Counted from the stretch's first letter, positions 1 to 10,600 are shown. The stretch: DNA of 64,000 nucleotides from a virus (IMGVR_UViG_3300044701_003269:64001-128000); one strand, 5' to 3'. Numbers and translations: made by a program. Notes: a model not told the origin generated them from the sequence alone.

Positions 1-108
1 AACTGTAATCTTACCAACAAAGAAATGAAGATTACATTCAATGAATACTGCCGTTTACATCCTCCAACTTATGTTGTAGAATCAGGTAGTCAACTCAGTT
101 TCTTCTGA
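1..108 (+). CDS. 3' end of a hypothetical protein (partial)
   Basis: Open frame from base 1 (NCNLTNKEMKITFNEYCRL...SFF) to TGA at 106-108. Confidence 0.6.
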   Translation, partial: NCNLTNKEMKITFNEYCRLHPPTYVVESGSQLSFF

Positions 109-116
109 GTTTTTAT

Positions 117-398
117 GCGAGTATGGTGGAATCGGTAGACACACCAGACTTATGAAAATTGAGCCTCATTTGAGAAATCTTATGAGTGTAATTCCTCAAA
201 TTCGGTGAAACCTGTAAAATGGCAATACCGAGCCAAGCATCGTAAGATGAAGGTGTAGAGACTAGACGGGGAACACCTAAACCGAAAGGTATGGTGAAGG
301 TATAGTCCAGACCACAAACCGAAAGGGTAGTGAAAACTATAGTGGTACGAAAATCTGTTGGGCGTATGCCCGTGGGAGTTCAAGTCTCCCTACTCGCA
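117..398 (+). tRNA. trnL-UAA: tRNA-Leu(UAA), intron-containing (exons 117-151 and 350-398)
   Basis: Acceptor GCGAGTA/TACTCGC, D arm GTGGAATCGGTAGACAC, anticodon arm CCAGA-CTT^AAAA-TCTGT after joining exons, long variable arm GGGC-GTAT-GCCC, T arm GGGAG-TTCAAGT-CTCCC; no encoded CCA. Confidence 0.95.
152..349 (+). ncRNA. Group I self-splicing intron (trnL-UAA/IC3-like), 198 nt, no internal ORF
   Basis: P1 CUU/GAG with U151.G161 wobble; P AAATTCGGTGAA, Q AATACCGAGC, R GTAGAGACTAGA, S AAGGTATAGTCC; P7 GACTA/TAGTC; P3 TTCCTC/GGGGAA; terminal G349. Confidence 0.93.
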
Positions 399-443
399 CT
401 GAGGTTTATCCTCTAAATACTCAAAAGTAATAGGAATATTACT

Positions 444-713
444 ATGAAGTACAGAATTGATGCCGCTTATGTCTGGTACAATCGCGGAAGACAAATCGTT
501 TTAATGTACTTTATAAATTCTATTCCTTTTACTTTTGACGAACTCCCTGACGAATCTTTATTTGACTTGGAGTTAATTGAATTAGCAGACAAAGAAAGAC
601 GTTTTGAACCTGAAGACTTATATCAATCTTCTTATTACTTAATTTTAGAAGAATGCCACCCTTTGCTTTATGAGTTGGATTTAGAAAATCCAGAGTGTAT
701 GCCTGCTGATTAA
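444..713 (+). CDS. hypothetical protein, 89 aa
   Basis: ORF with upstream AGGA and TAAATA (414-419), lying between the two tRNAs. Confidence 0.8.
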   Translation: MKYRIDAAYVWYNRGRQIVLMYFINSIPFTFDELPDESLFDLELIELADKERRFEPEDLYQSSYYLILEECHPLLYELDLENPECMPAD

Positions 714-715
714 AT

Positions 716-787
716 GCCCTTGTAGCTCAGTGGTAGAGCAACGGTTTTGTAAACCGTTGGCCGTCTGTTCGAATCAGATCGGGGGCT
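716..787 (+). tRNA. trnT-UGU: tRNA-Thr(UGU)
   Basis: GCCCTTG/CGGGGGC acceptor, GCTC-AGTGGTA-GAGC D arm, ACGGT-TT-TGT-AA-ACCGT anticodon arm, GTCTG-TTCGAAT-CAGAT T arm. Confidence 0.95.
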
Positions 788-808
788 TTGAGTTCTATAA
801 AACTCCAA

Positions 809-967
809 ATGTCACTTATTTCACAACAAGACCGCCAAATGGTCATTGAAGCACTTGAGTATTATGTTTACGATATGGAAAAAAATAACTGCAACGATGC
901 GGCAATTTATTCCTACAACACACTCCTTAACTGGATACGACTCGAACACTTCAAACATGAAAATTAA
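809..967 (+). CDS. hypothetical protein, 52 aa (MSLISQQDRQ...)
   Basis: ATG 809 to TAA 967, read by hand; overlaps the next start. Confidence 0.65.
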   Translation: MSLISQQDRQMVIEALEYYVYDMEKNNCNDAAIYSYNTLLNWIRLEHFKHEN

Positions 968-1130
968 TCTTTGGTATTGTGATGGGATGAAGCAATGGCG
1001 GTGGACACTGACTGATTCTTCACGCCCTATTAGCAGACAAGAATCTGGTCAAAGACCTTTTCTTCGTGATGCTATGAACGATGTAGCAAATACCGTAGAA
1101 TATATGTTAGAATGCAAACAAAGTGAGTAG
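957..1130 (+). CDS. hypothetical protein, 57 aa (MKINLWYC...)
   Basis: In-frame ATG of track ORF 846..1130. Confidence 0.7.
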   Translation: MKINLWYCDGMKQWRWTLTDSSRPISRQESGQRPFLRDAMNDVANTVEYMLECKQSE

Positions 1131-1140
1131 AAATACTTAG

Positions 1141-1761
1141 ATGAAATCAGATTTTTATATAGATAGGGTAGGTAAAGAAGAAATAAAAGAACTTCTTTAT
1201 ACCTATCATTATCTTAAAGACGAATCTAAAGATTTCAAATCGCATTTCAACTATGGGCTTTTCAGATCCTCAGTTTCTGATATTCTTAGGGTTGGTGGGT
1301 GCTTGGGCACTTGTATCTTTACTGGGTTACCAGTCCCCGAAATAGCAGTAGGTGCGTTTGGTTTAGAAAGAAACCAACAAGAAGGTATATACGAACTCTC
1401 AAGACTTTGTATACATCCCCTTATTCAAAAAGAAGAATATAACATCACATCTTGGTTCGTTAGTCGTTGCATAAGGAGATTTAAAAAAGATGCCCGCGTT
1501 CGTGCTATTCTTAGTTACGCTGACAATAATCAGCACTCTGGAATTATATACAGAGCTTGTAATTTTCAATACTATGGTTTGACTGATAAGAAATCGGACT
1601 TCTGGATAAAGCAATCTGATGGTTCCTTCATAAAACATTCAAGAGGTCCAATTAAAGGATTAGAAGGTGAATGGAGAGATCGTAGTCGTAAACATAGATA
1701 CCTGATGATATTTGATAAGGAACTGAAGAAAAGGTTGACGTGGGAAGAGAAATCGTGGTAA
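1141..1761 (+). CDS. Mom-like GNAT-fold protein, putative DNA modification enzyme
   Basis: Motifs HYL, YELSRLC, SWFVSR, ILSYAD, HSGIIYRACNF typical of the Mu Mom-like family. Confidence 0.7.
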   Translation: MKSDFYIDRVGKEEIKELLYTYHYLKDESKDFKSHFNYGLFRSSVSDILRVGGCLGTCIFTGLPVPEIAVGAFGLERNQQEGIYELSRLCIHPLIQKEEYNITSWFVSRCIRRFKKDARVRAILSYADNNQHSGIIYRACNFQYYGLTDKKSDFWIKQSDGSFIKHSRGPIKGLEGEWRDRSRKHRYLMIFDKELKKRLTWEEKSW

Positions 1762-1764
1762 AAT
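1735..1764 (+). promoter_or_regulatory. sigma70-type promoter
   Basis: TTGACG-N18-TAAAAT with extended TGn. Confidence 0.55.
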
Positions 1765-1804
1765 AAAAAAGGTGATACTAAACCAAACCCCTTCCGTGTG
1801 ACTT

Positions 1805-1829
1805 GAAAACCTCCCCTGGAGGTTTTCTT
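1805..1829 (+). terminator. intrinsic terminator
   Basis: GAAAACCTCC-CCT-GGAGGTTTTC-TT. Confidence 0.7.
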
Positions 1830-1859
1830 GTAATAAATACTCAAAACTTATTATTAGGT

Positions 1860-2060
1860 ATGACTGAACAACAAAATCATCTTTTTCAAATTGTCGAGCA
1901 ACAAAAACAAATTATTAATGAGATTAATATTCTTAACGGTCAATTAAATTCAAAAAAAGAGCATCTATATAAACTCCAAGGTGCAATTGAATATCTTGAA
2001 GGAATTGGAGTTTCTCTTCCAGAATCAGATACTGAGATTGAAGAAAGTATTGAAGATTAA
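1860..2060 (+). CDS. small coiled-coil protein, 66 aa
   Basis: ATG 1860 after late promoter ATAAATA 1833-1839; heptad pattern and acidic tail. Confidence 0.7.
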   Translation: MTEQQNHLFQIVEQQKQIINEINILNGQLNSKKEHLYKLQGAIEYLEGIGVSLPESDTEIEESIED

Positions 2061-2064
2061 AAAT

Positions 2065-2094
2065 AAAAACCTCCAGGTGCCTGGAGGTTTTTTT
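2065..2094 (+). terminator. intrinsic terminator
   Basis: AAAAACCTCCAG-GTGC-CTGGAGGTTTTTTT. Confidence 0.8.
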
Positions 2095-2099
2095 AATGG

Positions 2100-2106
2100 A
2101 TAAATA
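2100..2106 (+). promoter_or_regulatory. T4-type late promoter (representative copy)
   Basis: ATAAATA 30 nt before the start; the same motif precedes structural genes at 1833, 10800, 14141, 21462, 24798, 28671, 32774, 33219, 38676, 41064 and 41394. Confidence 0.8.
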
Positions 2107-2135
2107 ATCTATAACAGAACTTATAAAAGAATAAG

Positions 2136-5100
2136 ATGGGATTAAGTCGTCTTGATAATTTCCTAAAGAATACACGAGGAGAGATTTTATATGTAGATCC
2201 TTCAAGTGCTGACTCTACTGATTCTATAGAAAATCGTGGAAATAGTTTAACCAGACCTTTTAAAACTATTCAACGTGCATTTATAGAAGCAGCTAGGTTT
2301 TCATATCAGCGTGGATTAGATAATGATAGGTTTGGCAAAACAACTATCATGCTCTACCCAGGAGAGCACATAATTGATAATAGACCAGGATGGATTCCAA
2401 TTTCTACTAACGGAGGAACCTTCCAAACAAGATCTGGCGATATTGAAACAGACTTCCAAGAATTTGATCGCGCAACAAATTTTGATATTAATTCCGAAAA
2501 TAACGTTCTTTATAAGTTCAATAGTATCCACGGTGGTGTAATTGTTCCTCGTGGAACATCTCTTGTTGGTATTGATTTAAGAAAAACAAAAATAAGACCA
2601 AAATATATTCCAGACCCAGTTAATTCAAATATTGAAAGATCTGCAATTTTTAGACTTACTGGTATCTGCTATATGTGGCAGTTCAGTATTCTTGACGCAG
2701 ACCCAAATGGTTCTTGCTTCAAAGATTATACAAGCAACTCTTTTGTTCCTAATTTTTCTCACCATAAGTTAACTGCATTTGAATATGCAGATGGTGTAAA
2801 CAACATTAATATTGATGACAATTTCTTAACCTATTCTGCAGAAAAAACAGACCTTGACATATACTATGAAAAAATTGGAATTGCATATGGTCCTTCAAGT
2901 GGCAGAGAAATTCTTCCAGAAACCATCAGTTCTCCTCTCGATATTCAACCAAAAATTGATGAGTTCCGTATTGTTGGTTCAAAAGGTGGTGATGTTGGAA
3001 TTACTAGTATTAAAGCTGGTAATGGAATAATTCCGACGACTACTGTTACAGTCACTCTAGAAGAAAATGATCTTGGTTTAGATGTTGATACTCCTATTCG
3101 TATTGAAGGAATTAATGCTTCTGGATATGACGGCCAATTTGTTGTCAGTGAAGTTGTAAGTTCTACAGAAATTAAATATCAAGTATCTAATCCGCCAGTA
3201 GAAGCACTTCCTGCAGTTACTGGATCAACCCTTAACATTTCAGTTGATACCGTTACTTCGGCATCTCCATATGTGTTTAATATTTCTATGCGTTCTGTTT
3301 ATGGAATGTGTGGTCTTCATGCAGATGGAAATAAGGCTAATGGATTTAAATCCATGGTCGTTGCACAATTTACTGGTATCGGACTTCAAAAAGATGATAA
3401 TGCATTTGTAAAGTATAATTCAACATCTGGTCTCTATGAAGATAGCACTGTAAGTGGCAATGAGAATATTCATACAGATTCTAGAGCAAGATTTAAACCA
3501 GATTATGAAAACTACCATATTAAGTGCTCCAATGAAGGATTTATTCAGGTAGTTTCTGTTTTTGCTATTGGTTATGCAAATCACTTCCTTGCAGAAACTG
3601 GTGGTGATTTATCAATTACTAACTCCAACTCCAACTTTGGTGCAAAAGCACTAGTATCTTCTGGATTTAGATTAAATGCATTTCCAAAAGACGATGTTGG
3701 CTATATAACTCATATTATTCCACCAAAAGAATATGAACCTACAGAAACAACATTAGAATTTTCTGCTATTGATATTGCAAAAACAGTTGGAATTGCGTCA
3801 ACAAATCGTTTATATCTCTATGAAGAAACTAATCGTTGGATTCCCCCAGATAATGTTCTCGAAGGTTATAGAATAGGTGCTAAACCAGGCGACACTTTAA
3901 ATGTATTGCTATCTCAATCTGGAATTACAACTCAGTTTTCGGCAAGAATTATTATGCCAGATACTGAATTTAGTGGAAATGAAATAACCGCAGAAAAATC
4001 ATATAGAGTTAGCACTTCTGGAGGTTCTAATAGTATTTCTAGTAATATTATTACACTAACAACTTCACATTCATTGAATGATGGCGAAACTGTAAGAGTA
4101 TTGAGCAATAATGGCCAACTTCCTGATGGAATAGTTCCAAATCACGTATACTATGCAATTACTACAGGATTATCTGCTAACCAGTTAAAGATAGCACAAA
4201 GTTTGAATGATGCTTTAGATGGTTCGGAAGTTAGTATTAATAATAAAGGCGGTGTTTTAACGGTTGTAAGTAGAGTATCTGACAAGCACACTGGTGATGT
4301 CGGACACCCTATTCAATGGGATAGTACTGAGGGTCAATGGTATATTAATGTTGCAACTGCTTCGAGTGAGAATTCAATATATTCAAATATAATTGGGTTT
4401 GGAACAACCGGTTTAGGTGATGCATCCTCAAGAACTTTTATTAATCGTCAGTATGATGCAAGAATACTGGATGATTCAATCTATAGGGTTCGTTATGTAA
4501 TTCCAAAAGATTCTCCAGAAACTGCAAGACCTCCTTCAGATGGATTCATTATACAGGAATCAAATTCTACGATTGGAAATACTAATACTGAAATTGCCTA
4601 TCAATTTAATCCATCATCAGTCACACTTTCAAATGTTACTGATCTAAGAAACCAAAAAATAATTGCAAATGCAACTTGGGATGGAACTCAAGCAAATATT
4701 ATTACAGAAATTCCTCACAAATTGCAAGTGGGTTCTGAAGTTAAAATTTTAAATGTTGCAAGCACAGGCAATTTAGCTGGAGCTGCGAATTCTGCATATA
4801 ATGGAACTTTTACCGTAGCGGGAATTAGTAGTTCAAAACACTTTAGTTATGCTCTTGCAAATGATCCTGGAACATTTACAAACGATGTCTCCAGTCGCAC
4901 TTCTTCACTTCCTTACTATCAAAGAAAGAGATATAATACGACTTATGTAATTTACAAGACTAAAGAAATTAAAAGATATATTAAGAACGAACAGGATGGT
5001 ATATATCATTTAACTCTTCTGAATGCATCAAATTCTCCAAATGTTGCTCCATTTGATAATGTCAGACTTATACAACCTATTGTTAATCTTTATCCCCAAT

Positions 5101-7595
5101 TAAATAGAGACAATTTAGTTTCTGATCCAGAAGCAACTGTAAGTTATGCTTTACCCGAACCTATCGGACAAGTAACGATAGATGAACCACAAAATAGTAT
5201 TACAAGAGAAACAATTGAAAAAGTAGTTTCTGATTTTGGATTTGGTGTCGGTGTAGGTATTACTAACATCGTATCAAATGCAACAGGAACAGCACACACG
5301 ATTTTCACCTCAGCAGATCATGGGCTAAACAGACTAACTGGATTCTCTATTGTTAGTGGAGGAACTGGATATGGTACAGGTGTAGGAACTGAAGTCTTCT
5401 ATAATGCTAAACTTATTGGCGGATCAGGCACTGGAGAAAACGCAACTGCAAGAATTACAGTTAATTCTGGATCTGTAACCAACATAAAGATTATGGATGG
5501 TGGTAGTGCTTTTGGTATTGGAAATACTTTCTCTGTTCTTGGAGTTGCAACCACTACTGGATTTTCTCCTGCTACTGTAACGGTAACATCAATTTATGAT
5601 AATACCGATGAAATTATTCAGATTACTGGAATTAGTTCCTTAGGATTTAGAAATTACAATAGTCTCTATAGAATTTCTGCAGTTGATCCTGGTTCTTCAA
5701 ATAAATTTGAAGTTATACCTATATCAGCAGTAACTCCAGTTTCTCAGTCTGGAATTGGTAGTCTTATCACTGTAAATGCTAGTGCTTCTCTGGTTGGCAA
5801 ATCTGTCGGAGTTTCTTCACTAAGATATAACTCAACAACAGGAATTGCAACTGTCACAACAACCAGTAGCCATGGTTTTAATGTTGATAATGTAATTTCC
5901 CTTGGCGGAGCAGACAATTCCCTATATAATGACTCATTTATAGTTAATAGAGTTAATAGTCTATCTTCATTTGAAATTGTAGTTGGAGTAGGAACAACTG
6001 CACCTGCAGGGTCTGGAACAATTTATGCATTTAGAAGAGGTATTGCTTCAAATGCAGGAAATGTAACTGTAACTGATGAAAACATTGATGGACGTTTATA
6101 TGCAAAATATGATAATGTATCCACTACTTTATCTGCTAATATTACAGGACCAACAGTAAATACTATTACTATTCCTGTTACTGGTCTAGACTTAAACGTT
6201 GGAGATTATCTTGAAATAGGTAACGAAATTGTTAGAATTAAATCAACGGTAACGAGTAATATAGTTTCTGTTTATAGAGGTGTTCTTGGAACATCAAGCG
6301 GCACTCATCCTTCTGGAACAATTGTCAGAAGAATTAAACCTTTCCCTGTAGAACTGAGAAGGCACTCTATTATTCGTGCATCAGGACACACATTTGAATA
6401 TGTTGGTTATGGTCCTGGTAATTACTCTACTGCATTCCCAGATCGTCAAGATCGCCAAATTTCACCACAAGAAGAAATAGTTTCTCAATCATTCAAAAAT
6501 GATGGAGGTATCAACTTCTTCAGTGGAATGAATGATAAGGGAACTTCTTATTCTGGCAATAAAAAATTAAGCACCATTTCGGGCCAAGAAGAAATATTTG
6601 ATACTCCTATTCGAACAATTACTGGTGAAGATATTTCTTTCCAACCTTCAATTAACATCACTAGCGCAGTTGAAGGAAACTTCAGCAATTCAATCAGTGT
6701 TGAAGGTGGCCCAGACAATAAAGTAACATCAAAATTTGACGGTCCTGTTGTTTTCTCCAACAAATTAACATCAATATCGGACAAAGGAATAGAAGCACAT
6801 TCATTATTCTTACAAGGTGATGCTACTATTTCTAGAAACTTTACTGTTGGTGTTTCCACCCCAACGAATGCAGGAAACCCTGGAGATGTTGTTTATAAGG
6901 CAACTCCAGAAAGTGGTGGTTATAGTGGTTGGGTTTATACTTCACATAATGACTGGAAGAGATTTGGACCTATTAGTACCTCATCAAGTTCTGTCAATAT
7001 AGTTGTCGATCAAATAGATGCTACATCATTCATTGGAACATTCATTGGGGATGGATCAAATCTGACTAATGTTTCTGATATTTGGGAAGTTGATGCTATT
7101 GGTATTCATACTAATACTCCTATTGGTATTGGAACTACTAGTGCAAGAGCAGGTTTCGGTCTGTATGTTGAAGGTAGTACATCAATTAATGGAACTCTAA
7201 GAGTTTTTGAAATTATTGAAACTGCAACTATTAGTTCTGGCATTTTGACTGCAACAACTCAAAATATTGACTTGGGTGATAATAATGTTTACTATTATAC
7301 TTCAGAGGCCGCGGACAACTGGACTATAAACTTTAGAAGTAATGCTTCTCAGACTTTGAATGACTTCTTGACAGTTGGAGAATCTACAACCGTTGCAATA
7401 TTGACAACTCAAGGATCCACTGCATATTATAACAGCACGGTTCAAATCGATGGTGTAAACCAATCCGTAAAATATTATGGAGGTGTTCCAATAACTTCAG
7501 GAAACCCCAATAGTATTGACGTATATACCTATGTAATTATTAAAACTGCAGCGAATACCTACACGGTTCTTTATTCTCAGTCTCAATATACTTAA
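2136..7595 (+). CDS. large virion structural / tail-fiber-like protein, 1819 aa
   Basis: Long S/T/G-rich beta-structured ORF; N-terminal LYVDP..RPFKTIQRA; late promoter. Confidence 0.8.
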   Translation: MGLSRLDNFLKNTRGEILYVDPSSADSTDSIENRGNSLTRPFKTIQRAFIEAARFSYQRGLDNDRFGKTTIMLYPGEHIIDNRPGWIPISTNGGTFQTRSGDIETDFQEFDRATNFDINSENNVLYKFNSIHGGVIVPRGTSLVGIDLRKTKIRPKYIPDPVNSNIERSAIFRLTGICYMWQFSILDADPNGSCFKDYTSNSFVPNFSHHKLTAFEYADGVNNINIDDNFLTYSAEKTDLDIYYEKIGIAYGPSSGREILPETISSPLDIQPKIDEFRIVGSKGGDVGITSIKAGNGIIPTTTVTVTLEENDLGLDVDTPIRIEGINASGYDGQFVVSEVVSSTEIKYQVSNPPVEALPAVTGSTLNISVDTVTSASPYVFNISMRSVYGMCGLHADGNKANGFKSMVVAQFTGIGLQKDDNAFVKYNSTSGLYEDSTVSGNENIHTDSRARFKPDYENYHIKCSNEGFIQVVSVFAIGYANHFLAETGGDLSITNSNSNFGAKALVSSGFRLNAFPKDDVGYITHIIPPKEYEPTETTLEFSAIDIAKTVGIASTNRLYLYEETNRWIPPDNVLEGYRIGAKPGDTLNVLLSQSGITTQFSARIIMPDTEFSGNEITAEKSYRVSTSGGSNSISSNIITLTTSHSLNDGETVRVLSNNGQLPDGIVPNHVYYAITTGLSANQLKIAQSLNDALDGSEVSINNKGGVLTVVSRVSDKHTGDVGHPIQWDSTEGQWYINVATASSENSIYSNIIGFGTTGLGDASSRTFINRQYDARILDDSIYRVRYVIPKDSPETARPPSDGFIIQESNSTIGNTNTEIAYQFNPSSVTLSNVTDLRNQKIIANATWDGTQANIITEIPHKLQVGSEVKILNVASTGNLAGAANSAYNGTFTVAGISSSKHFSYALANDPGTFTNDVSSRTSSLPYYQRKRYNTTYVIYKTKEIKRYIKNEQDGIYHLTLLNASNSPNVAPFDNVRLIQPIVNLYPQLNRDNLVSDPEATVSYALPEPIGQVTIDEPQNSITRETIEKVVSDFGFGVGVGITNIVSNATGTAHTIFTSADHGLNRLTGFSIVSGGTGYGTGVGTEVFYNAKLIGGSGTGENATARITVNSGSVTNIKIMDGGSAFGIGNTFSVLGVATTTGFSPATVTVTSIYDNTDEIIQITGISSLGFRNYNSLYRISAVDPGSSNKFEVIPISAVTPVSQSGIGSLITVNASASLVGKSVGVSSLRYNSTTGIATVTTTSSHGFNVDNVISLGGADNSLYNDSFIVNRVNSLSSFEIVVGVGTTAPAGSGTIYAFRRGIASNAGNVTVTDENIDGRLYAKYDNVSTTLSANITGPTVNTITIPVTGLDLNVGDYLEIGNEIVRIKSTVTSNIVSVYRGVLGTSSGTHPSGTIVRRIKPFPVELRRHSIIRASGHTFEYVGYGPGNYSTAFPDRQDRQISPQEEIVSQSFKNDGGINFFSGMNDKGTSYSGNKKLSTISGQEEIFDTPIRTITGEDISFQPSINITSAVEGNFSNSISVEGGPDNKVTSKFDGPVVFSNKLTSISDKGIEAHSLFLQGDATISRNFTVGVSTPTNAGNPGDVVYKATPESGGYSGWVYTSHNDWKRFGPISTSSSSVNIVVDQIDATSFIGTFIGDGSNLTNVSDIWEVDAIGIHTNTPIGIGTTSARAGFGLYVEGSTSINGTLRVFEIIETATISSGILTATTQNIDLGDNNVYYYTSEAADNWTINFRSNASQTLNDFLTVGESTTVAILTTQGSTAYYNSTVQIDGVNQSVKYYGGVPITSGNPNSIDVYTYVIIKTAANTYTVLYSQSQYT

Positions 7596-7607
7596 GGAGA
7601 AAGATAA

Positions 7608-10600
7608 ATGAGTCCACTTCTAGGTGCCATAGGAGATGCCTCTGAATACGCATACAGAGGAACACTTGATGATGTCCCTGAGGATTTTAATTTTACTAGT
7701 ATAGTTGATGCGGAGCCAGGTGTAGCATACACAACTGGTCCAATTACAATTACTGGACTCAACAATAAAGTTCAAGTGGTTGTGAGTGCAGGAGCATCAA
7801 TTGCCGTAAACAGTGGTATCTTTACAAGTGGACCAACATTTATAAGAAGTAATGACACAATAGCAATTTATACTCCAACTACTCAAGGAACTGATGATGA
7901 TTTTTCTAAAACTTATACAATAACAGCAACGGTTGGCCAAACTTCAAAAGATTGGACTGTAACAACAAGAGATAAAGATTCATTACCAGATTCTTTTTCA
8001 TTTACAACCGCAACGAATCAGGAACTTGATACTACGGTAACAAGTAATACAATTATTTTATCTGGATTAGAACCAACAGTTTCTTCAGGAGCACTTATTA
8101 CATCTGGTATTGGATCTTTTAGCAAAAATGGAGGAGTTCCAGGAACTGCTTCTACTGTAGGAAATGGGGATTCATTAGCTGTTGTATTACAATCTCCAAT
8201 TGATTATTCAAAAACAAACACAACGACATTGCAAGTTGGTACTTTTAGTACTGATTTTTCTGTTGTAACCAGAGATGCTGATACTACAGTAGACCAATTT
8301 TTCTTTACCAATTTTACAAACGTAGCTATATCATCTTCTTTTGACAGCAACTCAATTACTCTAAGTGGCGCAGATACAAATACTGTAGATGCACCTGTTC
8401 CATTAACTGCAACAGTAACTGGTGGATTTTTGAAAGTAGATAGAGGTGCTATCCCCATTAGAGATTTTAGTGTAGATCCTATTACGGTTTTTAATGGAGA
8501 TACTCTCACCTTAAAAATTAATTCTTCTCCGAGTTATAGTGAAATCAGAAATGCAACATTATCTATCACTGGGGTCAATACTCCTGTTGGGGTTGCAAGC
8601 ACATTTAGCGTTACGACAAGGCCAAATATAAGTGATACTGTAGTAAATAACTTCCAATTCGTAGATAAATCAAATCAAGATAGAGGTGTACTCGTAATTA
8701 GTGATCCAATCACAATTTCTGGCATAACAACAGGTGCTGATGATTTTGCAAGTATTTTTCTAACAAATAATGCTGATGGTGGAGAGTTTAGAATAACAAG
8801 AAATGGAGTCGTTGTCAGAGATTTTGGTACTGCAAATAGTGGAGTTCGCCAAGGAGATCTTGTAGATCTTAGAATTAGAACATCACCAGCATCTGAAGGA
8901 ACTGTTCTTACTAATGTGAATATTGCAGGAACAGATAATAATGATATTAATAATGTTTTTAGTCAAACACGTACTGATACCTGGGTGGTTAAAAGTGCTA
9001 AGAGAAACTGTCCCCTATCTTTACCAACTTTTCAAACCGTTACTGGCGTAAATCCTGGTACAGTTCAATCAGTTACATTTATTCCAGCAGGTTATGATAC
9101 TGACTGTAATGTAAAAGTCAGTACATCAAATTCAAATTCTACTCTTTCTGTAGGAGGTACAACAGGAAATAATTTAGTAGTTGCTCCTGGAGTTGCTTGT
9201 ACGGTATTTTTGACTGCAGGATCATTTGGCCAAAGTAGGACCACAACGATAACGTTAACTGCAAATAATAATATTCCAACTCCAATTTCTACAACATCCA
9301 ATTTCACAGTAACTACAAGAGCATCATCAGATCCCACAATTACTAGGTTTACCGTAACTCCAAGCACAGTTCAATGCGGACAACAAGCAGTCATAGAGTG
9401 GGCTACACAAAATACAGTTTCTATTTCACCTAGTGGATTCTCTGGAGTAACTACATCAGGATTTGCTTTTGTCACACCAACATCAAATACAACTTATTCA
9501 TTAACTGCAACTGGACCTGATGCAACCACACAAACACTAAGTGTGCCGGTTATTGTTACGGGAGTAACTAACGCAACTCTACAAGCAGATTTTCAGTCAA
9601 TTCCTTTTAATGACACTGCAACTTTATTCTGGAGTACTCAAGGTGCAGCATTTATTTCCAATAATTTTGGTGCTCCCAGCAGTCAATTAAGTGGTTCAAA
9701 AGTTGTTGGCCCTTTAAAGCAAACAACAACATATACTCTAACTGCTTTTTCAGGATCTTCGTGTCCAAATTCTCCACAACGATCAGTAACCATCAATGTT
9801 GCTCCCTGTACCGAAGAAGTTACAACAGAAAGTATTGTGTCGGGAGTAGATCTAACATTCACTGTCGCCAATGCTGGTAATGGTTTTGCCGATTATCTTA
9901 CTAGTTTTGGTGGTTTTAATCTTTCTAGTCCAGCAAGAGCACCTATTAGCGGTGGAACCCAAACTTTTCAATCCGGACCTACCCTTGGGTCATATGGTGC
10001 AGGAACTTGCTCTAGTTTTCAATCAGATTCTTGTGTGGCATTCGCTCAATTCAATTCTCCTTCTCAAGCTTGGCAAGTTCCTGCTGGAGTTACTCAAATT
10101 CAAGTAACTGTTCTTGGTGCTGGTGGTGGAGGAGCAGGAGGAGGTTCCTCTGTGAGAGGTGGACGTGGTGGAGATGGAGCTCAAACTTCAATAACTGTAA
10201 ATGTTAGTCCCGGACAATTTGTTAGATATGATGTTGGTGCTGGAGGACAAGGAGGTCCACAATGTGAGTCGGGTAATATTGGTGGGGGTGGTATTGGTGG
10301 TGGACCAGGAGGAACAACATTTGCCAGATTTGATAACGGACAGTTTTGTTATGCAACAGGTGGTGGAGGCGGCCGCAGATCTAACTTCCAAACTCTTGAT
10401 GGATCTCCTGGATTTAGTGATCCTGGAGGAAGTCTTAATTTCAGTAGTGGAGGTCTTGGTGGTACTTCTGGAAACTTCCGTGGAATATGTATCGGCGGTA
10501 GAGGAGGCCAGGGTCAGGGAGGAAGACTTTTCATAACTTATACGCAAAATATAGAGGGCGCAAGTTGGAGTTCTCTTCTTAGCACAATTGTTAATCAGTT

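Noticed and set aside
180-383. Minus-strand 67-aa ORF, possible intron-encoded protein
   Set aside because: Antisense to the intron core and the tRNA 3' exon; no nuclease motif; the sequence is fully explained by RNA structure
846-956. N-terminal extension of track ORF 846..1130
   Set aside because: TTG start lies inside the better ORF 809..967; ATG 957 is preferred
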